A stretch of 40,431 nucleotides of DNA from Gemmatimonadales bacterium (GCA_039794085.1 JBDIWC010000036.1:1-40431); one strand, 5' to 3'. Shown: positions 29,012-39,576, counted from the first letter of the stretch. Program-made: numbers and translations. Notes: generated from the letters alone by a model not told the origin.

Positions 29012-30031
29012 TCAGGCGCCGACCCCGCGCAGCCGACGGCGGAACTCCCGGAAGGAGACGAGCTCCCGCGCATCCTCATCCCACAGCTTGAGTTTGATCG
29101 TCCGCAGGCTCTCCCCGAGGGTGATGATCCGCACACTGTGGAACATCGGGTTCTCCTCATGGCACCGCCGGAGGAAATAGTTCGGAATCCGGGGCGAGAG
29201 GTGGTGAACATGGTGAACCCCGATGTATCCGGTGATCCACTCGAGGGGCCGGGGGAGCTTGAGATAGGAACTCCCCTGGATGGCTGCCGTGGCGTAGTTC
29301 CACTCGCCCTCGCCCGCCCAGTAGGTGTCCTCGAACTGGTGCTGCACGTAGAAGAGCCAGATTCCCGCCGCCCCGCCGATCATGAACACCGGGAACCAGA
29401 TCAACAGGATGGCCTTCCAGCCTATCAGGAAACCGAGCCCCACCACGATCGCCGCCAGAACCAGATTGGTCATCATCACGCTCATGGCTTCCTTGCGACC
29501 TGCCCCGAACACCTTGATCCGGTGCTGCAGCATCAACCACAGCGGACCGATTCCGAACATCACCAGGGGATTCCGGTACACGCGATAGCGGAATCGGCCG
29601 AACCACCCGAGGGCCAGATACTCGCGGATCGTGAGGGTGCTGATGTCCCCCACGCCCCGGTCATCCAGGTTGCCGGAGGTCGCGTGGTGAATCGCATGGT
29701 CCCGCCGCCACTGAACGTAGGGCGTGAGCGTCAGGACGCCGGTCGCAAAACCGACGATGTCGTTCCAGCGGCGGGACGGCAGGAACGACCCGTGTCCGCA
29801 GTCGTGCATGATGATGAAGGTGCGGACCATGAAACCGGCCGCCACCACTCCCAGTCCCAGAGTCAGCCAGTAGCTGACCGACAGAGTCCAGTACATCGCC
29901 ACCAGCAGGGTCAGAAACGGCACCAGCGTCGTGACCAGCTGGGTCACCGCGGCCCGCACCGAGGGACGCTGATACCGCGCGACCACCTCGCGCCAGCTCA
30001 GGTCGGGGGAAGCATCAGTTGCATTCGTCAT
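29012..30031 (-). CDS. Membrane fatty acid desaturase (Bacillus Des-like)
   Basis: His boxes HDCGH, HAIHH, HHVHH; WLFYVQHQFE; PRIPNY. Confidence 0.93.
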   Translation of the reverse strand: MTNATDASPDLSWREVVARYQRPSVRAAVTQLVTTLVPFLTLLVAMYWTLSVSYWLTLGLGVVAAGFMVRTFIIMHDCGHGSFLPSRRWNDIVGFATGVLTLTPYVQWRRDHAIHHATSGNLDDRGVGDISTLTIREYLALGWFGRFRYRVYRNPLVMFGIGPLWLMLQHRIKVFGAGRKEAMSVMMTNLVLAAIVVGLGFLIGWKAILLIWFPVFMIGGAAGIWLFYVQHQFEDTYWAGEGEWNYATAAIQGSSYLKLPRPLEWITGYIGVHHVHHLSPRIPNYFLRRCHEENPMFHSVRIITLGESLRTIKLKLWDEDARELVSFREFRRRLRGVGA

Positions 30032-30119
30032 TCAGTCAAACCTCGATCCATTCAGACTCACCATCCCGGGCATCCGGGACAGGGGGAAAGATACCCTCCC
30101 GGCACACCCTCCGGGTAGC

Positions 30120-30478
30120 TCACTCCCCGGCTGGCAGCTCCCGAATCGAGCGTACGGCCGCCGCGTTCACCAGAAACCGCAGGTTATTGCTTCCCGCATC
30201 CGCGGGTATCACGAACCACGACGTCCCCCGGGGCGGGTAGGACCCCACGAATTCCGGCAGTTTTTCCCCGTCCGCAAAGGTGACCTCCACCCGGCACATC
30301 CCATGCCTCCGAGGGTCGTCGGGTGCCTCGGTCTGACCATCCCTCCGGGCCGGATCTCCCGCATGATCCCGGACAAAATAGATCGCCTTCACCTCCGCAA
30401 GCTCAATGGCGACAGGGCCTTCCGCAGTACGTTGACAATTCTTCCATCGAGCAGATTCGCCACCACGAGTTGGGACAT
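30120..30478 (-). pseudogene. Frameshifted small conserved gene (DUF6982-like, from recall)
   Basis: GGAGG plus ATG 30478 gives MSQLVVANLLDGRIV; a frame change near 30432 leads into RTAEGPVAIELAEVKAIYFVRD..VEVTFADGE..FVIPADAGSNNLRFLVN; 359 nt is not a multiple of 3. Confidence 0.7.
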
Positions 30479-30495
30479 GGACTTCCTCCCGCAGG

Positions 30496-31560
30496 TCAGC
30501 CTCCGATTGAGGCGAGGGGCAGGGGCGCCCGGGGATACTCCGTGGGCGTCGCCTCGGGTATCGCGTCCAGAGGGGCGCCATCGGGAGTCTCCAGCACGAA
30601 GCCCAGATCCCGGATCATCGCAAAGTCGTCCTGGACCTGTTGCCCTTGAGTAGTGAGATAGTCCCCTATGAAGATCGAGTTGGCCGGATAGAGTCCCAGA
30701 GGCTGCAGGGAGCGAAGGTGGACCTCCCGTCCCCCCGCGATCCGGATCTCCTGGCTGGGCAGGAGGAACCGGAAGAGCGTCAGAATGCGGAGGCATCGGC
30801 GGGGGTCCAGCTCCCGGACCGACTCCAGCGGAGTTCCCTCCACGGGAATCAGGAAGTTGACGGGGACGCTGCGCACCTCGAGTTCCCGCAGGCTGAGCGC
30901 CAGATCGATGATGTCGTCATCACTCTCCCCCATGCCGAGGATCCCGCCGGAACAGGTCTTGATCCCCGCGGCCCGGACATGATCCACCGTCTCCCGCCGG
31001 TCCTGGAAGGTGTGGGTGGTGCAGATCTCTCGGTGGAAACGCTCCGACGTGTTGAGATTGTGGTTGACAGTTTCCACACCCGCCTCCGCGAGCCGGGTCG
31101 TCTGCTCGGCGGTGAGGAGCCCGAGGCAGGCGCAGATCTTGAGATCGTGCCGGGCACGGATGGTGCGCACCGCCTCCAGAACCTTGCCGAACACCCGCTC
31201 GCCCGGCGCCCGTCCGGAGATCACCATGCAGAAGGTCCCTGCCTTGAGTTCCGCGGCGCGGTCCGCGGCCAAGAGGATCTCGTCGATCGCCTTCATCGGA
31301 TATTTTTCGATCTCCGCCACCGAGACCTTCGACTGGCTGCAGTAGTGGCAATCCTCGGGACAGAGTCCGCTCTGGGCGTTGAGAAGGAAATGGAGACGGA
31401 CGCGGTTTCCCCAGTGATGATGGCGCACGCGCCACGCCGCGGCCAATTGCCCGGGAAGCTCCAGGTCGGGTGCGGTGAGCACGGCGAGGGCCTCCTCCCG
31501 GGAGAGGATCTCCCCGGCGAGAGCACGGTCCGCGAGCGAATTCCAGGAGGGCACCGTCAT
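30496..31560 (-). CDS. bioB: Biotin synthase
   Basis: CPEDCHYC radical-SAM motif, [35 protein letters not shown]. Confidence 0.97.
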   Translation of the reverse strand: MTVPSWNSLADRALAGEILSREEALAVLTAPDLELPGQLAAAWRVRHHHWGNRVRLHFLLNAQSGLCPEDCHYCSQSKVSVAEIEKYPMKAIDEILLAADRAAELKAGTFCMVISGRAPGERVFGKVLEAVRTIRARHDLKICACLGLLTAEQTTRLAEAGVETVNHNLNTSERFHREICTTHTFQDRRETVDHVRAAGIKTCSGGILGMGESDDDIIDLALSLRELEVRSVPVNFLIPVEGTPLESVRELDPRRCLRILTLFRFLLPSQEIRIAGGREVHLRSLQPLGLYPANSIFIGDYLTTQGQQVQDDFAMIRDLGFVLETPDGAPLDAIPEATPTEYPRAPLPLASIGG

Positions 31561-32267
31561 GGAGATCCTTGTCCATCGGGGACGTTCAGGGTCGAAAGAA
31601 GCGACCGCACCGCCGCACGGGCAACGGCCGGGATCAGGTGACCACCCGCGTCACCGTCGATCAGAGGGAAGGTAATCACCGGAAGACCGGGGAGCAGCCG
31701 TCGGAGGGTCTCGCTGTTGGTCCGAGAGGCCACATCGGCGATGCCATCCCTCCCCTCGTTCAGCACCACGGCACTCACCGGCACGCCGGCCGACCGGGCG
31801 GCCTCCACCGTCAGCAGAGCATGGTTCAATACTCCGAGCCGGTTCAGGGCCACCACCACGAGGGGCATTCTCCAGTGCACACACAAGGAGAGGAAACTCA
31901 GATCCTTCCCATACGGAACCAGGAGCCCGCCGGCTCCTTCGACCACGACAACCTCATGGTTGTGCTCGAGGGCGGCGAGGTGGCGGTCCAGGACATCGAG
32001 GAGCACCGGATGACCCTCCCGGTCGGCGGCCACCAGCGGCGCACAGGGCTCGGCGTACCGGAAGGGGGACACCGCCCCCACTGCGAGTGACGATCTCGCC
32101 GCCTGGAGCAACCGTCCCGCATCTCCTCCCTCGCCGGGATTCACACCGGTCTCCGCGGGTTTCATCGGGGCCACCCGGTAGCCGTCCTCCGCGAGAGCGG
32201 CGAGAAGAGCCGAGGCCACCACCGTCTTCCCCACGCCGGTGTCGGTCCCCGTGATGCCGATCCGCAC
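31557..32267 (-). CDS. bioD: Dethiobiotin synthase
   Basis: GTG start at 32267; [37 protein letters not shown]. Confidence 0.95.
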   Translation of the reverse strand: MRIGITGTDTGVGKTVVASALLAALAEDGYRVAPMKPAETGVNPGEGGDAGRLLQAARSSLAVGAVSPFRYAEPCAPLVAADREGHPVLLDVLDRHLAALEHNHEVVVVEGAGGLLVPYGKDLSFLSLCVHWRMPLVVVALNRLGVLNHALLTVEAARSAGVPVSAVVLNEGRDGIADVASRTNSETLRRLLPGLPVITFPLIDGDAGGHLIPAVARAAVRSLLSTLNVPDGQGSP

Positions 32268-33538
32268 TAGCGCGTCTCCAGGAATTCGCCGAGCACGGCG
32301 TAGACCTGGCGGAGTTCCTCGGGCCGGGTGCAATACGGCGGCATCACGTAGACCACCGAGCCAAGCGGGCGGAGCAGAACTCCCCGTTCGAGTCCGAAAG
32401 CGGTGAGGCCCCGCGCGGCAGAACTCAGATAGCCGGTCTCGGAATCGGCCAGGTCGAAGGCGGCGATCGTGCCCAGCACCCGGGGGGCCACGACCCGCGG
32501 GTACCGGGCCAGGCGGCTCATCTCGTCCCGGTGGACCGCTTCGAGGGTCCGTCGCTGGTCTGCCGAGCGCTCGTCGAAGAGAGCGAGACTGGCCCGAGCC
32601 GCGGCGCAGGCGATGGGGTTGGCGGTGTACGAATGTCCGTGAAAGAGGGCCGTGCGACGATCGGCCCCGAGAAAGGCCTCGAACACCTCCTCCGTCGCGG
32701 CGGTCACCCCGAGGGGGAGGGATCCGCCGGTCAATCCCTTGCTGAGGCAGATCAGATCGGGAGACACATCGGCATGCTCACAGGCAAACAGCGGACCGGT
32801 GCGGCCGAACCCGGTCATCACTTCGTCGGCGATCAGGAGCACACCCTCGGAACGGACCTTGCCGGCGAGGGCCCGGAGCGTGGCCGCATCCCACATGCGC
32901 ATCCCGGCGGCCCCCTGCACCAGGGGCTCCACGATGATCGCGGCGATCTCGGATCCCCGGTGATCGAGCATCCGGTCGAGCGCCGGGAGGAGACCGGGAT
33001 CTCCGGGGGCGGGAAGGCGTTCCACGGCAAAGAGCTGGTCCTGGAAGGCCGCGGTGAACACACCCCGGGCGCTCACGCTCATCGCGCCGAAGGTATCTCC
33101 ATGATAGGCGTCCTCCAGGGCGAGCATCACCGACCGGGGAGACCCGCGGTTCCGGTGGAACTGGAGCGCCATCTTGAGGGCCACCTCCACCGCGGTCGAT
33201 CCGTCATCCGAATAGAAGATGCGGGCCAGTCCGGACGGGAGCCGGGCCAGAAGTTCCTCCGCCAGTCCCACAGCCGGTTCGTGGGTGCATCCGGCGAAGA
33301 TGACCTGGTCGAGCAGGGCCGCCTGGGCCCCGATCGCGGCGGCGATGGCGGGGTGGGCGTGTCCATGCACGGTGACCCACCAGGAGCTGATCGCGTCAAG
33401 GTAGCGTTGATTGCCGGGGCCCACCAGCCAGGCCCCCTCCCCCCTGATCACCGGAACCGGAGGGGTCTGTCCGAAGTGCTGGGTCCAGGGATGCCAGCAG
33501 ACCCTGGCGTCCCGGGCGGGGAGTCCCGATTTGCTCAC
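32267..33538 (-). CDS. bioA: Adenosylmethionine-8-amino-7-oxononanoate aminotransferase
   Basis: GTG 33538 (GTGA overlap with bioF); WHPWTQ, DAISSWW, YHGDT, DEVMTGFGRTG, SKGLTGG, HSYTAN. Confidence 0.95.
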   Translation of the reverse strand: MSKSGLPARDARVCWHPWTQHFGQTPPVPVIRGEGAWLVGPGNQRYLDAISSWWVTVHGHAHPAIAAAIGAQAALLDQVIFAGCTHEPAVGLAEELLARLPSGLARIFYSDDGSTAVEVALKMALQFHRNRGSPRSVMLALEDAYHGDTFGAMSVSARGVFTAAFQDQLFAVERLPAPGDPGLLPALDRMLDHRGSEIAAIIVEPLVQGAAGMRMWDAATLRALAGKVRSEGVLLIADEVMTGFGRTGPLFACEHADVSPDLICLSKGLTGGSLPLGVTAATEEVFEAFLGADRRTALFHGHSYTANPIACAAARASLALFDERSADQRRTLEAVHRDEMSRLARYPRVVAPRVLGTIAAFDLADSETGYLSSAARGLTAFGLERGVLLRPLGSVVYVMPPYCTRPEELRQVYAVLGEFLETR

Positions 33539-34743
33539 GACCCGGTCCGCGCCACCGGGAGAAGCTCCCCCAGCACCTCCGCCAGGGCATCGAGCTGCGG
33601 AGCGGTGTGGACGGCGCTCACCGTGATCCGGAGCCGGGCTTGGTTCACCGGGACGGTGGGAGACCGGATCGCCCCCACCAGGAAACCCCGGGACAGCAGG
33701 GCCGACCCGAGGGAGGTGGTCGCCTCGCTCGCGCCGATGCGCACCGGCAGGATGGGGGTGGCGGGGTCTCCCCCCACGGCGATGCCCCGATCCGCCAGCG
33801 CACCCCGGAGGCGGCTCACGTTTCCCCTCAGGGTGTCCCGCAGCTGAGGATCGGTGCGGGCCCGCTCCAGGGCCGTACGGGTGGCCCGGGCCAGGGGCGC
33901 CGGGGTTCCGGTGGTGTAAACGAAGGTCCGCGCCCGGTGACGCAGGTACTCGACCAGCGTGTCGGTTCCCGTCACGAAGGCACCGCTGACGCCGAGCGCC
34001 TTCCCCAGGGTCCCCATGACCACGTCCGGGGGACCCTCGCACAACCCCCAATGTTCCACCGTCCCGCGCCCTCCCTCGCCGAGCACGCCGGTGCCATGCG
34101 CATCATCGACGTAGACCCAGGCCTCGTACTCGCGGGCCAGCATCAGCAGATCCCGGAGCGGAGCGATGTCGCCATCCATGCTGAACACCCCGTCGGTGAC
34201 GATCCACCGGCGGCGGAAACGGTGGGCGCTCTCGGCGAGGCATGTCCGCAGGGCCCCGGGGTCGGCGTGCGGGTACACGAGGGTGGTGGCCCGGGAGAGT
34301 CGGCACCCGTCGATCAGGGACGCATGGTTGAGCTCGTCGGCGTAGATCCCGTCGCCCTGGTCCGCCAGCGCGGGGAGGGTTCCGAGGTTGGCCAGGTACC
34401 CGGAGCCGAAGAGGAGGGCGGAGGCGGCTCCCTTGAAATCGGCCAACTCCCGTTCCAGTGCATCGTGTTCGAGGCGGTTCCCCGAAATGAGCCGGGCGGC
34501 TCCGGCACCCACCTCCCCGTCGAGAAGCCCGAGACGAACAGAATCGATCACGGCGGGGTCGCTGGCCAATCCGAGATAGTCATTCGATGAGAAGTCGATG
34601 ACGGGGCGACCCTGCACGAGCAGTGACACCCCGTGCCGGGCTTCCAGGTGCGGGAGCACGCGCCGAAGCCCCGCCCGATCGAGGGCGGCGAGGGAACGGG
34701 CCAGGTGATCGTCGAGCGCGGGAGAGCGCGTCATCGAGGGCAT
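33535..34743 (-). CDS. bioF: 8-amino-7-oxononanoate synthase
   Basis: FSSNDYLGL, NHASLIDG, VFSMDGD, DDAHG, GTLGKA; start 34743 or 34734. Confidence 0.95.
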   Translation of the reverse strand: MPSMTRSPALDDHLARSLAALDRAGLRRVLPHLEARHGVSLLVQGRPVIDFSSNDYLGLASDPAVIDSVRLGLLDGEVGAGAARLISGNRLEHDALERELADFKGAASALLFGSGYLANLGTLPALADQGDGIYADELNHASLIDGCRLSRATTLVYPHADPGALRTCLAESAHRFRRRWIVTDGVFSMDGDIAPLRDLLMLAREYEAWVYVDDAHGTGVLGEGGRGTVEHWGLCEGPPDVVMGTLGKALGVSGAFVTGTDTLVEYLRHRARTFVYTTGTPAPLARATRTALERARTDPQLRDTLRGNVSRLRGALADRGIAVGGDPATPILPVRIGASEATTSLGSALLSRGFLVGAIRSPTVPVNQARLRITVSAVHTAPQLDALAEVLGELLPVARTGS

Positions 34744-34860
34744 GGGATCCGGGAGCGTGGGGGTGATGGTAAGATAACGGGACTGGCGGGGGTCCCGATG
34801 GCACCACGCCGCCCCCGGAATCCCCGGAGACGGCGTGTTCACGATTCTTGAGCAGTGAGT

Positions 34861-37371
34861 CTACGACTTCGGATTCAGAATCCGGTCGATCTCGTGCCGA
34901 ATGTCGCGCAGATGCATCCGCGTCATCCCATCCGCCGCCCGGTTCAGAGCCGTCTCGGCGATCTGGTCCAGTTCCCGGAGTTCCCCCCGAAGCACCGGCC
35001 GGGTATCCGACTCGAACCGGGGACGGGGCGGCTGCCCCCCGCCGAAGGGGCCTCCCCCCTGCGGTGTCGTCGGCCGGGCCGGGGGATTCAACTCCCGGTC
35101 CACCGCCTCGAGATAGGCCCGTTGCAGATTCCGCCGGTAGACATCGACCGCCACCCGGCTCCCGGTCAGTTCACCCCAGACGGCGTTGCGGAGGTCACCT
35201 ATCAGATCGGCCACGGTGTAGGCCCGCGCCGAGGATCCCGCCAGCGCCTCGTACTCGACGAGCCGGTCGAGGCGGTTCTTGTTGATCAGGTTCTGCACCA
35301 CGGTCCCCTGCGCCTGCCGGAGGCGGTCGAGCACGCCCACCGCCTCGATCCGGCCCAGAATGGCCGGCTCCACGAAGTAGGCCGGCGTGGTAAAGGCGTT
35401 CTCCGCCAGGAAGCGCATCGCGGCCTGCTGGCGGCTGCGGCTCACCGGGGTGAACCGGGGGCCGGTGCCGTATTTCTCCTGGGTGTCTGCGCCGCCAATC
35501 ACGGCCGCCACGTGCCCCATGTAGCGTCCCCACTGCTGGACGGCGTTGGTGTAGAGCTCCTCGAGCTGGGTGTAGTCCTCTCCCGGCCGTTCGGCCACCG
35601 GGATGAGGGATGCCATCACCCGGCGCAGGTTGCGCAGGGCCAGGGTGCTGGAGTAGACCGCGTTCTGGTCTCCCACCGCCTCGGTGAGGTTGCCCGGATC
35701 GTTGGGCGAGTCCGCGGTGGTCCACCGGAGCCAGGGGACCGTGTCCTGGATCCGCGAGAGGCGATCCAGCACCGGCCACTCTTCATCGGGCGTCCGAGCT
35801 CCCGGGATGACTCCGTACCCCCACTGCACCGCATACTTGTCATAGGGCCCGACCTGCGGCACCAGGAGATCCACCGGAATGTTGTCCTCCGGCTGCGCCA
35901 CGTAGTTGAACCGGGAGTAGTCCATCAGGGTGGGGACGTGTCCCCCCATTCGCCGGAGGAATGCCGCGCTCCGCAGGCTGTCGGGGTGGTAGGCGTAGCT
36001 CGCCTTCATGTTGTGCGGGAACCCGATGGAGTGTCCCACCTCATGGGTCACCACGTACTCGACGAGTCGCCCCATCAGCGAATCGGGCAGGGACAGATTG
36101 CGTCCTCGCGGATCCAGCGGACTCACCTGGATGAAATACCAGTTCCGGAGGAGGTTCATGACGTTGTGATACATGTTCACTTCGCCCTTGAGGATCTCCC
36201 CGGTCCGCGGATCCACGACCTGCCCTCCCGTGGCATTCGGGATGGTCGAGGGGCGCCAGTAGATGATCGACTTCCCCAGGGCATAGTTCGACCAGTCCGG
36301 ATCCTCCTCGGGCGAGGGAGCGTATCGGCCCTCGATCGCGTTGGTGAACCCCGCCTCCCGGAACGCCACCTGCCACTCGTCGACTCCCTTCTTGATCCAC
36401 GGCTTGAGCCACTCGGGCGTGGCCGCGTCGATCCAGTAGACGATCGGCTCAACCGGGTCGGACAGCGCCGCACCCGGGGTCTTTTTTTCGAGACGGAACC
36501 GCCGGATGTAGCGCCGCTCCACGGCACGATGTTCGCCCCGGCTGTAATCCAGGGTGGTGAAGGAGTTGAACCCGACCCGCTTGTCGTGCAGGCGCGGCAT
36601 CATCGCCTGCTCCGGCAGCCGCATCATGCTCCAGTGAAGCCGGGCGGTCACCGTCTGGGCCGGTGCGGTGGGAGGAGCTCCCGGCGCCCGGACCGACCCG
36701 GTCTGTGTCGCCTCCACCTCCACATTCCGCTCCGAGGGAACGACCGTCTCGATCCAGGACCGGTCCCGCTGCACGTTCTGGAGGCTCGACATGTCGGTGT
36801 TGGTGGTCGTGTAGAGCGCGGTCACATCGATGACGGCCGCGCTGTCCGGCCCCCACGACTCCACGGCGAACCGACCCACCACGGGCCCCTTGGCCATCCC
36901 CGCCACCGCGAGCCGGATGGTCGAGCCTGAGTCGGCCGTCACGGTGTAGGTGCGCTCCCGCAGGATGATGTGGTCGCCATCCCGCTCCCAGAGGACCACA
37001 GAGCTCCCACCCCCACCAAAAAACCCGGTCTGCTGTGTCGTCTCGACCGGCCGGGTGATCAGCAGCATCTCCTTCATCAGTTCCCGGCGCGGGATCTCGA
37101 AGAAGAGCTTGTCGTCCTGGATGTGCGTGGTGAACATCCCCCGCCGGGTCACGGCCTTCGCCGTGATCACCTCGGCGTACGGCTTGGGTCCGGTGCGCGG
37201 AGCCTGGGCGCCGGGGGGTCGCTGTCCCCCTCCCGGGGCCTGTCCCGGAGCGGCAGCCACCCGCGGTGAGGGGGTGGCCGCGGGCGTGGCGCTGCTCGAG
37301 GCACATCCGGCGAGCAGGAGCCCGGTCACCAGCACCGGGACCGACAGCGGAATGCGAGGGTGCTTCGTCAT
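34861..37371 (-). CDS. Zinc-dependent metalloprotease lipoprotein (EcxA/DUF5117-type metzincin)
   Basis: ATG 37371 after GGAGG; lipobox LAGC; KPYAEVIT; HEVGHSIGFPH; Met-turn LMDY. Confidence 0.92.
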   Translation of the reverse strand: MTKHPRIPLSVPVLVTGLLLAGCASSSATPAATPSPRVAAAPGQAPGGGQRPPGAQAPRTGPKPYAEVITAKAVTRRGMFTTHIQDDKLFFEIPRRELMKEMLLITRPVETTQQTGFFGGGGSSVVLWERDGDHIILRERTYTVTADSGSTIRLAVAGMAKGPVVGRFAVESWGPDSAAVIDVTALYTTTNTDMSSLQNVQRDRSWIETVVPSERNVEVEATQTGSVRAPGAPPTAPAQTVTARLHWSMMRLPEQAMMPRLHDKRVGFNSFTTLDYSRGEHRAVERRYIRRFRLEKKTPGAALSDPVEPIVYWIDAATPEWLKPWIKKGVDEWQVAFREAGFTNAIEGRYAPSPEEDPDWSNYALGKSIIYWRPSTIPNATGGQVVDPRTGEILKGEVNMYHNVMNLLRNWYFIQVSPLDPRGRNLSLPDSLMGRLVEYVVTHEVGHSIGFPHNMKASYAYHPDSLRSAAFLRRMGGHVPTLMDYSRFNYVAQPEDNIPVDLLVPQVGPYDKYAVQWGYGVIPGARTPDEEWPVLDRLSRIQDTVPWLRWTTADSPNDPGNLTEAVGDQNAVYSSTLALRNLRRVMASLIPVAERPGEDYTQLEELYTNAVQQWGRYMGHVAAVIGGADTQEKYGTGPRFTPVSRSRQQAAMRFLAENAFTTPAYFVEPAILGRIEAVGVLDRLRQAQGTVVQNLINKNRLDRLVEYEALAGSSARAYTVADLIGDLRNAVWGELTGSRVAVDVYRRNLQRAYLEAVDRELNPPARPTTPQGGGPFGGGQPPRPRFESDTRPVLRGELRELDQIAETALNRAADGMTRMHLRDIRHEIDRILNPKS

Positions 37372-37448
37372 CAGGCGAACTCCTCCGTTTGGGTCTTGAG
37401 GCTTTGGCATCAGTTCATGTTCGGGGCTCCGCACCGGGGCCTCGCCTC

Positions 37449-37577
37449 GTGTGCCTTTGGTGGCCATTTTCCGTCAACCACAAGAAGCACAAAAGTCGCA
37501 AAACTGATATCGCTGATTTGTCGGCCTCTCTGCGCGGGGTCGCGTGTCTCTTGTGCCTTCTGTGCCTTTTGTGGCCA
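37449..37577. repeat. Imperfect inverted repeat with 9-nt periodicity (TGTGCCTTY units)
   Basis: CCACAAGAAGCACAAAAGTCGCAA (37478-37501) pairs with TTGTGCCTTCTGTGCCTTTTGTGG (37551-37574); extra right-arm copy GTGTGCCTTTGGTGGCCAT at 37449-37467. Confidence 0.75.
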
Positions 37578-37660
37578 TCCCCCCACCCACCTCACGACCC
37601 GGACATTCGGGTTTCGTGTGGAGGAGGGGAACGTCAACGGGCGTTGTCAGATCGCTCCGT

Positions 37661-39508
37661 TCACCATGTGATCGCTCGTTCCACAACACCACCTCGGGTG
37701 CTCAGCAGCCGCACCGTGGCCGACCGCTCCCCCGCCCCGGCGCGGAACCGGATCCGCACGGTCTCCTCTCCCTCGGGCCCCAGCCAGAACTCGGGGGGCC
37801 GGCCCACCAGCCGGGACGCGGACTTGTCCGGGAAGCGGAGCGTCACTTCATCGGGCCGGGCAATCTTGACCCGCTTGGCCTGTTCCAGCGCGGTGGGCAA
37901 CCGGCCGCGGTTGCGCACCGTCACCGTGACCTCGTGGGTGGCCGAGTCGCCGGAGGCGGGGGTGACGGTGGCACGGGTGATCTCCAGGTGCGGAAGGGAT
38001 TGCGCCAGGTAGAGGTTGAACATCGCCTGGTTGCGTGCCCACTTCTCCATCACCTCCGGCGGCCCGTTCTGTGAAAAGAACTTCGGATTGTACCCCCCGA
38101 TCTCGACCTCCCCGAGGTCGGGATGATCAAAGGTCTTCCAGGGAGCGAAGCAGGTGCCTCCAAAGGCCTCGTCGCAGTAGCGGAGCACCTCCAATGCACT
38201 GACGGTCCCATCGCCATCGTAGTCCCGTTCGCGGCCCCCGTTCCACAATTCGTCGCCGTACCAGATGGCCCCGTAGTAGAAGTACCCGAAGTCGGGGCCA
38301 TGTCCGAAGAGGGGGCTCGGGCGGGTGGAATCACCGGTGAACGGGTTCACCGGTGTGCGGGTGGCATAGGTGCGGTACACGTCACCGGCCCAGGGATACC
38401 CGGTCCGGGCGATCCCCACCGAGTCGAAGTGCCGGTAGAGCGCCAGATCGGCCGGAGCCATGCACTCCGTCTCCTCGCAGGTGCTCGGGCCCCGGAGGTG
38501 CATCGGAACCGACGTGTCCATGGAGTTGGCTACTCCGATGTTCGGGTGGGTCAGGGTCCAGAGCACCACGGCGCGGGTTTCCGGCTCGGACAGCGGGTAT
38601 TCCCCCGCCCCGAACTGGGTGTACCCCCGGCCCGTGGCGTCCTGCCCCGGTTCCGGGCGCCAGTTCTCGGGGTAGTTGCGATGCAGGTCCAACCCGCCGA
38701 TCCCGTCCTCGTTGTACCGTCCATCCCGATCATTGTCGACGCCCTCGCTGTACACCATGTACGTGCCACCCCGGTTGGGGACCCGCTTCATCAGCCGACC
38801 CGACGGGTCTTCCGGATCGATGATGAAATCGCCCTTGCCCGAGTCGACCTTCACCCGCATCTGGCGGATATACCCGTCCCCATCGAGATCCTCCCCCGGA
38901 TCCTCGTCGAGAAGCCCGTCTCCGTCGCTATCGTGGGGGCGGACCGAGCTCCGGTTGGACTGAGCCGTGAGACGGTAGAGGTCGGAACCGTCGGGGTTGT
39001 TGAGCGGACGGATGTAGATCGCGACACGATCAACCAGGGCCGTCACCTCCTGGTCCTTGCCATAACGATCGAGCAAATACCAGAGAAGGTAGAAGGCGGA
39101 TTCGGTTGCGGTGATCTCTCCCGAGTGACGCCCCCCCTCGAAAAACGCCGCCGGCTTGTCGGTGTCCTTGCCGGTCTCCTTGTTGGTGACGGTCACCTGC
39201 CAGATCGGTCTCCCGCCAAAGCTCTCTCCCACCTGGTACAGCTCCACCAGGTTCGGATGCGCCTCGGCCCATGTCCGCATCCACCCCTCGATCTCAGCCG
39301 AGGTGTGATAGTGCTGCCAATCCAGCTCCCCCGCCACCTTGGGCTGCACTTCCGGGTAGTTCACCAGCGGAAAAAGGCTTGGCCCCGCCCGGGTTCCCGG
39401 GACCACATGCACCTTCCGGCCGCTATCGGGACGAACCTGGGCCGAAGCCTGGTGGGTGACGGTCAAGGCGCTCGCGAGAAGAACACACAGCGACGCACGA
39501 CGATGCAT
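37661..39508 (-). CDS. Secreted M14-family zinc carboxypeptidase
   Basis: Signal peptide; GESFGGRPI, GRHSGE (HxxE), NPDG, DLHRNYP, PLSEPET; several DxDxDG motifs. Confidence 0.9.
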   Translation of the reverse strand: MHRRASLCVLLASALTVTHQASAQVRPDSGRKVHVVPGTRAGPSLFPLVNYPEVQPKVAGELDWQHYHTSAEIEGWMRTWAEAHPNLVELYQVGESFGGRPIWQVTVTNKETGKDTDKPAAFFEGGRHSGEITATESAFYLLWYLLDRYGKDQEVTALVDRVAIYIRPLNNPDGSDLYRLTAQSNRSSVRPHDSDGDGLLDEDPGEDLDGDGYIRQMRVKVDSGKGDFIIDPEDPSGRLMKRVPNRGGTYMVYSEGVDNDRDGRYNEDGIGGLDLHRNYPENWRPEPGQDATGRGYTQFGAGEYPLSEPETRAVVLWTLTHPNIGVANSMDTSVPMHLRGPSTCEETECMAPADLALYRHFDSVGIARTGYPWAGDVYRTYATRTPVNPFTGDSTRPSPLFGHGPDFGYFYYGAIWYGDELWNGGRERDYDGDGTVSALEVLRYCDEAFGGTCFAPWKTFDHPDLGEVEIGGYNPKFFSQNGPPEVMEKWARNQAMFNLYLAQSLPHLEITRATVTPASGDSATHEVTVTVRNRGRLPTALEQAKRVKIARPDEVTLRFPDKSASRLVGRPPEFWLGPEGEETVRIRFRAGAGERSATVRLLSTRGGVVERAITW

Positions 39509-39576
39509 CGGGCCCTCATGGGGTGCGGGTGGACGGGGTGAGGCGGGGGTGCAGGTCGATGCACACGATCCGATGG

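Noticed and set aside
33539..34051. N-terminal extension of BioA in the 594-aa ORF
   Set aside because: It overlaps bioF out of frame; the real start is GTG 33538. Similar over-extensions were trimmed for gnd, bioD, bioF and others.
34744..34860. BirA operator upstream of bioF
   Set aside because: No TGTnAAC-N14-16-GTTnACA-like dyad is visible.
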